Assembly: GCF_964213995.1 (NCBI RefSeq)
Contig: NC_135812.1
Span: 43,586,001-43,650,000 of the forward strand
Direction of reading: 5' to 3'
DNA: 64,000 nucleotides
Origin: Mustelus asterias
Lineage: Eukaryota
In this document: one piece after another, positions 49,228 to 62,408 of the stretch
Position numbering within the stretch: the first letter of the stretch is position 1
How the letters are laid out: each line of letters begins with the position of its first letter
Notes under the pieces: generated by a model
Databases searched by the model: none
What the model was told of the DNA's origin: nothing
The model's input: the letters and a program-made list of their open reading frames with translations, nothing else
Translations under genes and position numbers: made by a program

Positions 49228-49570
49228 TGGCGGCACGGTAGCACAGTGGTTAGCACTGCTGCTTCACAGCTCCAGGGACCTAGTTTCGATTCCCGGCTTG
49301 GGTCACTGTCTATGTGGAGTTTGCACATTCTCCTCGTGTCTGCGTGGGTTTCCTCCGGGTGCTCCGGTTTCCTCCCACAGTCCAAAGAAATGCGGGTTAG
49401 GTTGATTGGCCATGCTCAAAATTGCCCTTAGCGTCCTGAGATGCGTAGGTTAGAGGGATTAGTGGGTAAGTATGTAGGGATGTGGGGGTAGGGCCTGGGT
49501 GGGATTGTGGTCGGTGCAGACTCGATGGGCCGAATGGCCTCTTTCAGTACTGTAGGGTTTCTATGATTCT
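49228..49570 (+). mobile_element. HE1-like SINE (near-consensus)
   Basis: Complete head, core and tail with CpGs retained. Confidence 0.92.
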
Positions 49571-50682
49571 GAATAAGTCAGCATCCATGAAACATTGATT
49601 CTCACTTAATAGAAGTTTTTGTAAAACATTTTAATGCTTGTGCCTCCAAGCCTGCCACAATGCTTCTCTAATTCACTGCAGTTAGACATGACAGTAACTC
49701 ATAAGATGACTTTGTTTCTGACATTTTCCTCCCACTCCTCTGATAAAGTATCTCAAATCTGTTCAATGCCTCACCATAACAACTCAGCTGAGGCTGGGAA
49801 CTTAGTAGGATGGTTTGAACCTCTGTCTATTACAGTAGCATCATCAATCACTGTTACATTGTGGATAGATCACAGCACTACCATCAGCCTGATTATTTCT
49901 TAAAAAGTATTTATATATCTTTTGAACTGTGAAGTGTCAACACAGTGAAATGTGGCTTAGTTTTTGGATTGGAGCATGACTTGGTGCAGAACCAGCAAAT
50001 CATCTTATTTTACCATTTACGTGTCTCATGCATTTCTGCTGGCTTTCTCATTGTCCTGCTAATGTTGTGACTCCATAATTAAAATGGGATGATTATATGT
50101 TATGTTTTTATTTGTTCATTTGTGTTACATTCTATTAGAGAGAAAGAAATTAAGGACATTCAAAGCTAATAACTAAAGAAATTGAGATTAAAATGAAATA
50201 GAAAAAGGAGGCTTATGATTAATGCTAAGTTCATTCTAAAGCAGAAAACCCAAGCAGGATACAGAAAGGGCATTGAAGAACTGAAGCAGTATTGGATGGT
50301 GGGTAGAGCCACTGTCTCATGATGATGTGATCATTCAGAATCTTTTTTTATCCTGAGATTCCAGAACTTTTAAATGTGTTCTGAAGGTCACATTCCATTA
50401 TAAATTAATAAATGACTGGTAATTTCTGTTTTGATCAAATACAATACATTTTGCACCATTGTAACTGGTGTTTTGAGGACCTGTTCCTCTTGTGATTCCA
50501 GTTATTTATCCATAGAACTGGAAATGATTGATCTTGATGATGGGGAATCCTGAAATAATTCTGCAAACCAAGGGGAAAATATCATTAAAGCATTCAAATT
50601 CTACAAATCTGTAATAATGTCTAAAATGTTTTTATAATATTATTACGTGGATAATATGTAACTCTTGTTTATTTCTTTCCAG

Positions 50683-50802
50683 ATCTGTGACATCCATAAG
50701 ATAATATACCTGTTGCCCAATCTCCAGAGACTCAATGGCAAAGATATAACGTCAAGAGCAAACCACCTGAGATTTGTCAACAGCCAAAAGCTAATGTCTC
50801 TC
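50683..50802 (+). CDS. LRWD1: LRWD1 exon 3 (LRR cap)
   Basis: ICDIHKIIYLLPNLQRLNGKDITSRANHLRFVNSQKLMSL; 120 nt; ttccAG and GTGAGT borders. Confidence 0.92.
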
Positions 50803-51689
50803 GTGAGTGCATGGTCATAGATTATCAGTTTCGCTTCTGTCAGGAAACAGGCAGTTTTAAGTGATCTATAATTGTGTTGCTAAATATTAGGAGAAAAGTA
50901 TAGATTTAAGTGGGTTTAATTTAGTGTTTTTATGTACAACTCTAGTTTCATGTTTAGACAAACACATTTGCATGTGGGGGGGGTGGTTTTACGATGGGAA
51001 AAGTAAATACAAGCATGGGAAAAGAATGAGATGCTGGTTAGCAGCCAGGGGCCACTTTTAGGAGAAGACTTTTTGAATTTTAGTATTGATAACTAGATCC
51101 AGGCAGATGGAGCTAGGAAGCTAGTGAGGAAACAGCTCTCTCAGCCCTGTCAGAAGCAGAAGCAAGACAAAGAAGCTGCCAAAATCAGACTTCCCCAAAA
51201 TAAACACCAGAAATTAAAGAACAACTAGTTATGGAGGCTAGAGAATGAAAGGACAAGTTTCCAGGAAGATTGGAATAAAAAGGAACACAGGAACTGGAAC
51301 AGAGTACTGTTCATTGAAGTTAATGGCAGAGGTGGAGGGTGTCGTGATGTGTGTGGGAATGGCTGTGTTTCTGTGAATTTGGCTAGCGAGAAGCCAGAGA
51401 CACATCTGAAACAGTCATAAGGTTTGGCGTCCTTATCCCCAGTCTTTGAAACAGTAGTTTTCTTTGGGGACTGAGTACTAAGCAGTCTGCAGCCGACTTC
51501 CCTGGCGAGCTTGGGATCCCCTCCCCTTATTCGTGTGAAACTCCCAAGTGCCAAACAAATTGACAGAGTGTGGGAAGATTGCAGTGTCAAACTCATCCAA
51601 AAAACTGGAGTGAAACTCTGTGGTTTTCAGACTTGTATGACATAAGTATATGTTGGACTTTTAACAATTTATGTAATTATCTGAGGTGC

Positions 51690-51878
51690 GTATAAGCGTA
51701 AAGTCGCCATAGTCCCAGATGACCATAGGCGGCTGTCCCCTTTGAGGGGGGAGAGCTGACTGGTGGTGATTCATCCTGAGTGTCACCACACCTCAGGCGA
51801 GGGGCAAGGTTGATAAGGCGGAACCTTCATGAATAACCTCTGCATCATAAACTAGCTGTCCAGCCAACTGAGCTAACT
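51690..51878 (-). mobile_element. tRNA-derived SINE of another family
   Basis: Minus strand starts GTTAGCTCAGTTGGCTGGACAGC (A-box-like) and ends GGACTATGGCGACTTTAC with short repeats. Confidence 0.55.
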
Positions 51879-51969
51879 GATTTTTTGAACTGAAGTTTTG
51901 TAAGAAAGGATGCACCAGTACAGATTTTATCAGAGCATCAGTTTCTTTTTTTGTTTTGGTTTTCTCTAG

Positions 51970-52122
51970 GTAACTGATTTCTGGGAAAAAAAGTTTGAAG
52001 TTCAGCTCACAGAAACCCCTACAGCTGCTGAGATCAAAGCGGTTGCAAAATATTTCGTGAAATCTGCAATTGCTGAAATTAAATATGGTCCAAATTCTCT
52101 GAGTGAATACACAAAATGGAGG
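51970..52122 (+). CDS. LRWD1: LRWD1 exon 4
   Basis: VTDFWEKKF...FVKSAIAEIKYGPNSLSEYTKWR; 153 nt; ctAG and GTAAGT borders. Confidence 0.94.
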
Positions 52123-52659
52123 GTAAGTAGTTTTTACTTTCCACGCACTTTGTTCGTGCTAGCAGGTGAAGGAGTTGATTTGATTATTATGGCATTAAAG
52201 CCTGAGTATCCCACGGGGATTATAATCCATTTTAAATTACTCACTGCAAGCATGCTGCTAAAAATTTAATATAGAAAACAATTACCCTTATTCTTTACTC
52301 GATGCTTCCTGTAGTGAGCTGGTTGACATTGGACAGTCAATGGACCAATCAAACTAACCAGCATTCCATCACTCCATGGATCCATATGTTGGGATCGCCA
52401 AGTACTGTGCATCCATCCTGACCAATTGCATCCTCGTTTCCTTTATTCATTGTGTTGGAATAAATATCCTTGTATGACGCTGCCTACGCTTCAAAAGTAA
52501 CAATTTTCATTTCATTTCTCGACATTCTTAACTTATTGAAATTAATAATTTGGAGTTTTACAAGCAACAATTTGCCAATTTATAGAAAGTATCATTTTAG
52601 AATTAAATTTTAAGCAGGTATTTGCTTCTAATGAATTAAGACCAATATTAAAAACAAAA

Positions 52660-53118
52660 TGGGAAGGAGATTCACAAGAATGATCCCTGGAATGAAGAGC
52701 TTGTCGTATGAGGAACAGTTGAGGACTCTGGGTCTGTACTTGTTGGAGTTTAGAAGGATGAGGGGGGATCTTATTGAAACTTACAGGACACTGCGAGGCC
52801 TGGATAGAGTGGACATGGAGAGGATGTTTCCACTAGTAGGAAAAACTAGAACCAGCAGGCACAACCTCAGACTAAAGGGACGATCTTTTAAAATAGAGAT
52901 GAGGAGGAACTTTTTCAGCCAGAGAGTGATGAGTCTGTGGAACTCTTTGCCGCAGAAGGCTGTGGAGGCCAGGTCATTTAGTGTCTTTAAGACAGAGATA
53001 GATCGGTTCTTGATTAATAAGGGGTTATGGGGAAAAGGCAGGAGAATGGGGATGAGAAAAATATCAGCCATGATTGAATGACGGAGATGGACCGAGTGGC
53101 CTAATACTGCTCCTATCT
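52660..53118 (+). mobile_element. CR1 LINE 3' fragment
   Basis: RRFTRMIPGMKSLSYEE...RRMRGDLIETY...WNSLP. Confidence 0.92.
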
Positions 53119-54100
53119 CTTAAGGGAAGAGAGCAATTATGGGGTGGGAGTGCTGTAGCATTGGGTAACCTGCTGCTAAACATTCTGAGAAGGAGGGGGC
53201 ATCTTAACCCAGATCTGGACCCAGATGAAGCAGCTGGTGATGAGTATGCTGGGTACCCAACTTCATATTTGGATACTAGCATGTCAAGGTGGCTGACACA
53301 TCACAAGTGCACACTTAACCAATTGACGACTGTTCTCCACGGGGGAAGGTAAGCTGGGTGAGTTGGAGCTGAGTGAACAGCCCTGCAACAAATCTTTTTG
53401 TGGCAGACACCACAAGGCAAATGGCTCATTCCTCGGACTTGTATAAAGTAAGATTATATGAAAATACCAAATCATTTAATGGAAGTTATTTTGAATCAAC
53501 CAAATATTTGCAATCCAATCTTTTTAGAATCACAGAGCTGTTACAGCAAAGAAGAAGGCTATTCGGCCTATCCTGTTTGTGCTGGCTCTTCTAAGGAGCA
53601 ATTCATGTACTGTCACTCCTCTGCCCTCTCTCCACATCTCTGCACATTTCTCCTTTTCAGATATTTAGAATTAAATCTATTGTGACTGTGGTCTTCTAAG
53701 GGTTAATATAAATATCTTAAACAGCTTTCTGGTTGGGAAGTCCAGGATTAGAGAGCATAGTCTAAAAAGTAAAACCAAACCTTTCGGGAGTTAAATTAGG
53801 AAACGCTTCTGAACACAGAGTGGTAGAAATTTGGAACTTCCTTCTGCAATTGGCGCTGGACCAATGGTAACTTTTAAATTTGAGATTGGTTAACAAAAAC
53901 CCAATTCTCGGGACCGTGGGGCTAAGGCGGGTAAATGGAATTATGCCACAAATCACTGGTTCCAGTAGGTGATATAAGTGGTATAACAGGATTGAGGTGC
54001 TTAATGGCCTACTCCTGTTTCTATATTCTGGTGGTCTGTATCTTTGTGGACAGAGCCTAGTTTCTTTCACTTATTAATACTTGTGTGATTTGCTTCCTAG

Positions 54101-54202
54101 GTGGAAACGATAGCAACAGAATTTGTGACTTCTCTAGTGCAGCATGAGAACCAGGTTTCCTCTGAGTCAGAGGGAAGTGAAGATGAAGCAGATCACACTT
54201 GT
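54101..54202 (+). CDS. LRWD1: LRWD1 exon 5
   Basis: VETIATEFVTSLVQHENQVSSESEGSEDEADHTC; 102 nt; cctAG and GTAAG borders; resembles the helix following xTxWR in vertebrate LRWD1. Confidence 0.85.
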
Positions 54203-54509
54203 GTAAGAATTTAAAATCTTTTTGGTGTATAATTTTAGGAACATCTCCCTTATTTTTATTTGAGATAATCCCAAACCGGAAGAAATTCATTAAGACAATA
54301 TAACATCTAAGAATGATGCATTCTGTAAAGTTGTGATGTTTGCACTGTTTCCTACAGTGCATATACAGACTGCTTGCAGACTAGTCCATTTTTTCATTGA
54401 CAACAAAGTCTTGATGTTTTTCTTACAGTAGCGGAACATTCTTGAAAGCTTACTCCTCCGCCACCCTGGAGGATTGATGGATGACTACTCTTGATATTAT
54501 TTTAAACAC

Positions 54510-55940
54510 ATAAGATTGAGGAGCCAGGGGTAGGCCATATGCCCTCTTGAGCCTGCTCCACCATTCAATACATTAATGACTTCTACATCAACCACACTTT
54601 CTTGCCCTGCCCCCATATCTCTTGATTTCCTTATTGCCTAAACCTTTATTAATCCCAGCCTTGAATATACTCAGTGACTGAACATTCACAGCTCTCTGAG
54701 GTGGAGTATTCCAAACATTCCCAATCTTTAAGTGATTAAATGTTTTGCTATCTCAGCCTTAGTGGCTGATCATATATCGTGAATCTATAACCCTAGGCTC
54801 TGCAGCCAGGAGTAACATTTCCTCAGTATCTGCTCTATCAAGCCTCTTGACAAGAGTTTTCTATGGCTGGGATTTTCCTCCGCTGTTTGTGACGGTGGGT
54901 TGGAGAATCAAGGAAAAACCCAAAATGGCTTTTACGCCAGTGGGATTTCCCCTCTTGATTTTCCCCGCCAATGACGTACCATTTAAGTATCGCCTTCAGG
55001 CTTTCCCCGTCCTATTATTCCTCCCCACCCGCCACTGCTGATGTGATATCTTGTCAGTGGGGTTTACAATAGGTATGGACCAATAGGGACCTGGTGAACA
55101 GTCCCCGCCAGGGGCGCACAGGGCTGAATGTACCTAAGGGGGAGAGGGTTATACCCGGATTCTGCCAGGGGGCACTACACTGCCTGGAGAGGGGATCGTC
55201 TGTTGTGGAGGTCCATACTCAGCAGGGGAGGGCAGCAACCTATGTCTGTGGTTTTTGGGGGGTGGGGGAGGGGGGAGTGCCACACTAGCATGACATCATG
55301 GAAACTGCCTCCTGATCTCTTTTTGACCAATTGTCAAAAGATATGGCGGAAAAGCCAGCAGAGGAGCCGCTTTTCCTGCCTAAGTTGGCAATTAATCAAA
55401 AAAATGACAAAATTCTGCCCTATGTTTCAAATAGATCACCTCTCATTCCTCCGCTCATTTTCTCCTGACAGAATAGTCCGCTCATTCCAGGAATTAATCT
55501 TGTGAACCTTTGTTGCAAACCCTCTAAAGGAAAATATACTTTTCCTCGGGTAGGGAGCCCAAACTACACAGAAGTTTCACAGAAACCCTATATAACTGCT
55601 GTATTTGCTCTTGTACTGCAACGCACTTGCAGTAAAGACTGAGATACCATTTGCTGTCCTAATTGCTTGATATTAGCAGCATGTTACTTTTAATTTGTGT
55701 ACAAGGACACCCAAAGTTCTTCTGGATTTTAACGTCTGTTAGCCTCTCACCTTTTAACAGTTTTTTGCTCGTCTGTTCTTACGAGCAAAGTGGATGTTTC
55801 CACATTTCTGCATATTATACTCCTGACAAGTTCTTACCCAGTTATCTATCTGCTCTATGTTCCTTTGCAACCTATTTATATTCTCCTTATAACTTTCCCA
55901 TCTGTCTTCAAGTTGACTCAGCCGTAAATATTTTGGTGTT
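54510..55940 (-). mobile_element. CR1 3' portion interrupted by a MITE
   Basis: CR1 3' UTR and ORF2 end on the minus strand, continuous across 54864-55420. Confidence 0.7.
54864..55420. mobile_element. MITE / non-autonomous DNA transposon with TA target duplication
   Basis: TA|TGGCTGGGATTTT ... AAAATTCTGCCC|TA imperfect TIRs; cleanly interrupts the CR1. Confidence 0.7.
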
Positions 55941-56434
55941 GATGCGTATCGACAATTAATCAACTTAAAATGTGAAGAAAATCAGTTGTAATCTTGAAAA
56001 AGGACCATGTTTTGGTTTAAAACTTATAAGTGATATCCCCTCGAGGGGTTTCCCAGAAACCAGTGTTCCTCTCTCGTGTTTTTGTCACTTCCCACCACGT
56101 CATTGTCTCCCATCACTTCGAAAGGGATCCTGAAACAAGAAGCTGGTGATCTCTGTAGATTGCTTGGCTTCATTTGACCTGTTGTGCCCACCAGGTTAGG
56201 AAACAGAGAGCTCACCTGAGAACTGCAGTTGTTAATACAGTTAATTGTTCCATTTCACTAAGTTCACAAGCATAAAACTTGTGAGTACAGACACTCCCCA
56301 TACAAGAGGATCCAAAATGGGAGGGAGAATGCAACTTCTTCGCATATATGAAGGTGACAGAATTGTTTCCCCTTTCAATGTTGCAAGGATGTTGGGTTTA
56401 TCTAGCTTCCTCACACATTCCTGTTTGTATGCAG

Positions 56435-56770
56435 GTCCTTACGAGCTCTGATAGAAGGAATATGCTGAACTCCCAGTCCTCCTCTGCTATGTCTTCAACC
56501 AGAAAGACCAGGCTTCGTGCTGCACAAGACACCACTAAGAGTGGAAAGCAAGTCACATCTGGAAGCGGTGAGGTGTCACAGAATGACACGGAAGACATTT
56601 CCAGAAGAAGTATGAGAATTCAGCGTGGAAAAGAAAGTCAAACTGCGCCGATGGCTAAGCACCCCAAGAAAGACAATAATGTTGCAGTGAAAAAGGAAAG
56701 CAGGACGTCAAAGAGGGATTGTTCAACTCCAACTGCAGGCAGTATTCCAAGGAAGAAATCAAAGTACAAG
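56435..56770 (+). CDS. LRWD1: Probable LRWD1 exon 6 (basic, S/T/K/R-rich linker)
   Basis: 336-nt open exon, phase 0/0, with gcAG and AAG|GTAATT borders. Its low-complexity composition fits the LRR-WD40 linker; no recognisable homology. Confidence 0.7.
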
Positions 56771-58329
56771 GTAATTGGCTTGGAATTACAGCAACAACTT
56801 AACCTATGTTATATTTCCTGAACTTAGGAGAACTCACCAGGGTCAGCTGGATAAGGGCACAGCAATGAGTACATGTTCAGTGAAACCAACAGGCTGGGAA
56901 GCCTTCAAATAGAAACCTAAGAACTCTTGCCCTGTTTAAATGAGAGGTGAATGCTCAAAGCATCTCTTCTGGGAACATGCTTTCACTGCTTCACAGGTGA
57001 TTTCCAACTTCTTGGAAACCAACTTCACTCCCCTTGATCTGCACTTCCTTACTGTAAAACTTCACTTGTGGCATGGGGAGCAGCTTATGCAGCTCTAGCT
57101 TGGTCCTCTGGTGAGGAACAAGAGCAGCAGAAGCAACACCAACATCCTGGCGTGGAGAGGAGAGCAAAGTGCGAGTGAGGCATGGCCACAAGATGGCACA
57201 AAGATGAGAGCGAGTGTGACTGGATGGGGCTGTGAGAAAAAAGAATGATCGGAGCTGCAAGGTGTGCTGCTCGGAGGAGTGCTGTGCAAGAGAGCGCTGA
57301 GAAAGTCAAGAGTGCAAGACTTGACAACTGAAAGTCATATGACACTCCCCTTTCCTGCCCTCCTGAGGTTCTTAACCCTCTTGGAGCACAGTATCTATAC
57401 TCGCGCCACATCCCTGCTGCTTGCTCCTCGACCACTTCCACCCGTTTGAGAATCTGGCCACTTCCTTCAGCTCTTAGCAAACACTATCTTATTTTAATCT
57501 CTCCGATCGTTCTGCAGAACCTCTGGGTAAGAGCCTGACATCTGGGAGATGGCCTTCCCAGGTCTTTTTTCTGTTCCTGCGGAATATTCCTGTTATAATC
57601 AGTTTGGCTATTTTGATGCCTGCTGGGATCCCTTTTACCAGAAATCCTTCCTTTGACTAACTCGTTGCACCCTCCCTCTATCAATAGTCAGGAAACCCAG
57701 AAAGCAGGATGCAGAAGCACTGGCTGAGTTGTGCCCAAAACGGATTCTTGACCTGTTACCAGCATCTGTTAGGGTAAAATTCCACCCAGTTAAAACTTGG
57801 AGCAAGGAAGAAGGGTGGGAAACCCGGAAATAAGTGTTTTCTGCAGGTCCTGCCAAATTTTACAACAGGACCTTTTTAAAATTATCTCAACAAGTTTTGG
57901 AATTTGTGACATATTGTCGTGTTCCAGAACTCTTCGGGTTATCTATTAAGCACCGTAGTAAAGAATCTAGCTATTAATTTCACATGATATTGTAGTAACT
58001 GTTCATTACCACAATGTGGCATTGTAACTCGCATCGACATTATATTGCTGTCAATTGTTCTAATTGAGGTAGAAAAGAATAGTAAGCTTCCAAAAGAAAT
58101 AGTGGAAGGAACTAAACTGAAAACCATTTCAATGTGTTAATTAAGATTAGATTGAAAGGGGAAATTGAGGTGCCACAATGCATTGGAGCACTGATAAGCT
58201 GTGTGTGTGTGGTCCTCTGTTTTGAGAAATGGTGCTCTGTTGAATGCCAATAAAACTAAAACCATGAATTTACTGTACATTTCCAGTGCAAAAGCAGACT
58301 TCAGCAGAGATTGAGGTGTGCAATGACTA

Positions 58330-60110
58330 ATGTACATACACCCCTCTGTTCCTGCACCTCCTTTAGAGTTTCTCCCTTCCTTTTACACAGTCTCTCCACA
58401 TTCTTCCTGCCAAAATAAATCACCTCTCACTTCTCTGCATTGAACTTCATCTGCCACTTGCCTGCCCAATCCACCAGTACATCTGTGACATTTTGAAGTT
58501 TAAGACTATCCTCATCACAGTTGACAATGTTTCCCATCTTCGCATCATCCACAAATTTTGAAATCATACCCCGCACACCATAGTCTAGGTCATTTATATA
58601 TATATATAGGGAAGAGCAAGTGTCCCAAAAATGATCCTTGGGGAACTTCGCTACATCCCACCACCCCCATCCTCAATCTGGAAAACTATTTATCGCAACT
58701 TTCTGTTTTCTGTCACTCAGCCAGTTTCTTATCCAAGTGCCTACTTTTCCTTTTATTCCATGGGCTAGAATTTTGCTCACATTGTGTGGCGCTGTAGCAA
58801 ATACCTTTTGAAAATCCATGAGACATGGTATCAATGACCTTTATCAACTTTCTCTGTTACCTCCTCAAAAAGCTTCAGCCAGTTAATTGCACATAATTTT
58901 CACTTAATGACTCCATACTGGCTTTCCTTACCTATCCTGTATTTGTCTCAATGACTATTGATTTTGTCCCAAACTATAGTTTTCAGAAGTTTCCCTGTCA
59001 CTGAAGGCAAACTGACTGTTCTATAGTTGATTACATCTTTGCACTTCTTTTTTAAGAAGGATGTAACATTCGCTGTTCTCCACTCCTCCAGCACTATCCC
59101 TGTGTCTAAGGAAGACTCGAAGATTATCACCAGTGCCTCTGCAATTTCCACTCTCGCCTCTCTCAATATCCTTGGATGAACTCATCTGGTCCTGGTACCT
59201 TCATCAGTTTTAAGTAACGATAGCCTTTCTAACACCTCCTCCTCATTCTCAATTGTAAATTCCTCAAATGTACCAGTTACCTCCTCTCTTGATCTGGGTA
59301 GCATCCCCTTTCTTTGTCAGGACGGTACAACATACTCATAGAATCCCTACAGTGCAGAAGGAGGCAATTCGGCCCATTGAACCTGCACTGACAACAATTC
59401 CACTCTGCTATTTCTCCTGCCTCTACGTGTAAGTCTCTTTTTTAACCGTAATCAGCCCTACTCTTTCTTTCACCACCCTTTTATTACTTAAGTGCTTATA
59501 AAAGACTTTGGCATTCCTTTTGATGTTAGCTGCCAGTCTCTCTTCATGCTCCCTCCTTGCTTTTCTAAGTAGTGTTCCTCACTTCCCCTTTGGTCCTTCT
59601 ATATTTAGCCTGATTCTCCATTGCATTTCCTACCTGATATCTGTCACACATGTACATCTTCCTTTTCATCTTTACCTCTCTCTCTCATTGTCCAGGTAGT
59701 TCTGGATTTATTTGTGCTGTCTTTCCCCTTCAGGGGAATATACATTGACATTGGCTGCAATACCCTCTCAATGAAGGAGGCTCATTGTTCAGCCACCGTC
59801 TTTTCTGCCAACATTTGAGTCCAACTCAGTCGACTCAGATGCATTCTCATCCCATCGAAGATGGCTTTCCCCCAATTAATTATCCCTGCTCTGGATTGTT
59901 CCTGGTCCTTTTCTGTTGCCAACCTAAACCTTATGATACAATGGTCATTGTGCCCTAAATAATCTCCCATTGATAGTTGATTCACTTGGGCCAACCCATT
60001 CCCTAGAACCAGGTCCAACAATGTCTGCCCTTGGAGCAGAAGCAATCACTGCAGAAAATTATCTTGAACACATTCCAGGAACTGTTGCCCTTTTTGTCCC
60101 TATGCACTAT
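58330..60110 (-). mobile_element. Degenerate CR1 ORF2 (APE to RT) fragment
   Basis: LLDLVLGN...DHCIIRF; EIAEAL..IFESSLDTG...WRTANV...NYRTVSL. Confidence 0.85.
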
Positions 60111-60429
60111 TCCTATCCCTATTCCCAGGAGAAGATATTTTTGAAATGGATTTCTTTGTTCAGGTTACACTTTATGGCTTGTTTGTGACAATGTGCTTTT
60201 TTGTGTTTTGGTTTCTTCAAACCTGCTTATATCCCGAATTTACCCAAACTGAGAAAGGCAGGTCACACTTTAGTTTCAGATTCTGCCCCATGCCACTACT
60301 GAACCTTCAATTCCACACCATGCTAATTTACTCTCTGATTTTTCCCAGTTGCTTAAGAAATATTGCTTGACATGTCAATTGACTGCACTGAGTTTGAACC
60401 CTTGCGCAATGGAGAATAATGTTAAGGAT

Positions 60430-60600
60430 AGATTGATTGACCATGCTAAATTGCTTCTTAATGTCCCGGGATGCGTAGGTTAGAAGGATTAGTGGGGTAA
60501 ATATGTGGGATTACGGGGATAGGGCCTGGGTGGGATTGTTGTCAGTGCAGACTCGATGGGTTGAATGGCCTCCTTCTGCATTGTAGGGATTCTATGGTTC
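60430..60600 (+). mobile_element. HE1-like SINE 3' half
   Basis: CATGCTAAATTG...AATGGCCTCCTTCTGCATTGTAGGGATTCTATG. Confidence 0.8.
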
Positions 60601-61003
60601 AATGATGGTGTTCAGAATAAGAAAATAGGACACCCAATAGAGAACATGAAACATTGGAAATGGAGAGCTATCTGGAACAGACCAGCTGAAAGGATTGTAT
60701 CAAATTCATCCATATGAATTTATAGAAGGTAATTGGACATGTATTTGGAGAGGACTAATTTTCAGGATTATGGGGGAAAGACTAGAACTAAACTGAGCAG
60801 CTCTTTCAGAGTGCCGACACAGGGCACAATGAACCAAGTAGCTGCCCCCTGCGTTGTAAGGTTCTATGATAAATAGATGGAGAAACAATGTGTTGATTTT
60901 AGCTAAGCCTAGATATAAAACACATATGTGATTGAAGTAAGGGATGCTTCTCTGAATGCATCTGCTTCATAGGCAAGTGGAAAAACAAGGAAAGAAGCAT
61001 TAC

Positions 61004-61210
61004 CTAGTAAAATAAAATCAAAATACTGCAATTGCTGGAAATCTGAAATTAAAAACAGAAAATGTTGGAAAAACTCAGCCAGGCTGGCAGCTTCTGTGGA
61101 GCGAGAAACGGAGTTATCGTTTTGAGTCTTGAAACATTGCTTCAATTTCTTTCTCCACAAATGCTGCCAGACATGCTGAGTTTTTTCTAAACATTTTCTG
61201 TTTTTATTTC
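61004..61210. mobile_element. PLE fold-back element (family B, older)
   Basis: Imperfect inverted arms; flanking duplication AAGAAGCATTAC at 60992-61003 and 61211-61222. Confidence 0.75.
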
Positions 61211-61269
61211 AAGAAGCATTACTTGATTAGTTTTTCAAAATGAAACGAAATCAATGATTGCTGTGACAA

Positions 61270-61520
61270 AGGCGGCAGGTATAACACTGAGATGAGGAGG
61301 AAATACTTCTTGCAGAGGGTGGTGAATTTGTGGAACTCACTGCCCCAAAGCTCGGTGGAGTCTGAATCATTAAATGGTTTCAAGCAGGAGATATATTCCG
61401 GATTTTTTAAAAATGGGTTAAAGGGGAACAGGTGTGGAGGTGGATTTGAGACGAGGGAGAGATCAGTCATGATCTGATTGAATGGTGGAGCAGGGCTGAA
61501 TTTGCCTGATTCCTATGACA
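61270..61520 (+). mobile_element. CR1 LINE 3' fragment
   Basis: MRRKYFLQRVVNLWNSLPQ...FKQEI. Confidence 0.85.
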
Positions 61521-62102
61521 GTGGTGGACAGTTTGCAAGTAGCAGCTATAAAATGGGTTCAATATAAGGATAGAAAAGGATGATGAAAGTAAAAGTGCTG
61601 GATTGAGAAAAGGTAAAATTCAGTGAAATAACAGAAGAACTGGCACATGTTAACTGGGCAGTGACGTAATCAAACAGGCTGATAGGTTAATCTAGGAAAA
61701 CCGTCAAGGATGAAATGTATAGAGTCTAAAATTATATAAATTATAAAATTATTCCTATAAAGCAAGTAAAAGTGCAGTGTTCTGTGGATAGAGATTAAAG
61801 TTAAACAAAGATCATGAAAAAGACATTTGCTAAAATCGGGATAATGTAGCAGAGAAGGTGATTAGGAATACAGGAAATGTGGGGGTGGAAAAAGTGAAAA
61901 GGGAATGTGCAAAAATACTGGCAAGTTACAGAAAAGGGAATGCTGTAGTAAAGGATTTTATTAATATCTAAGAAGTGAAGAAATATTTAGAGAGAAAAGT
62001 GGGATGAAGGGGGAAATCTAGTTGCGGAGAATGAAAATATGATGGAGATATTAAATATTTTGTATCAACCTTTAGAAATGATGGTGGAAGGAATTCTGCA
62101 TA

Positions 62103-62408
62103 CATAGAATCCCTACAGTACAGAAGGAAGCCATTCGGCCCATTGAGTTTGCACCAACCACAATCCCACCCAAGCCCTATTCCTATAACCCCACAAATTT
62201 ACCCTGTTAATCCCCCTGACACTTGGGTCAATTTAGCATGGCCAATCAACCTAACCCGCACATCTTTGGACTGTGGGAGGAAACCGGAGCACCAAGAGGA
62301 AACCCACACTGACAAGGGGAGAATGTGCAAACTCCACACAGTCACCCGAGGCCGGAATTGAATCCCGGTCCCTGGCAGTAATGCTAACCACTGTGTCACC
62401 ATGCCGCC
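62103..62408 (-). mobile_element. HE1-like SINE within degenerate CR1 ORF2 remnants
   Basis: Complete reverse-complement SINE. Confidence 0.9.

Noticed and set aside
54421-54495. Extra LRWD1 exon after tcttacAG
   Set aside because: Phase-0 entry reads an immediate TAG, or reaches TGA with no donor; no homology.
57680-57775. Possible LRWD1 exon 7
   Set aside because: No acceptor/donor pair gives a phase-0 frame resembling the expected EPLHFLQCHS WD40 start.
338-62408. Many 60-140 aa ORFs of the type GHCLCGVCTFSPCLRGFPPGAPVSSHSPK, and tRNA-like heads
   Set aside because: These are translations of HE1-like SINEs; the heads have A/B-box remnants but no full tRNA cloverleaf.
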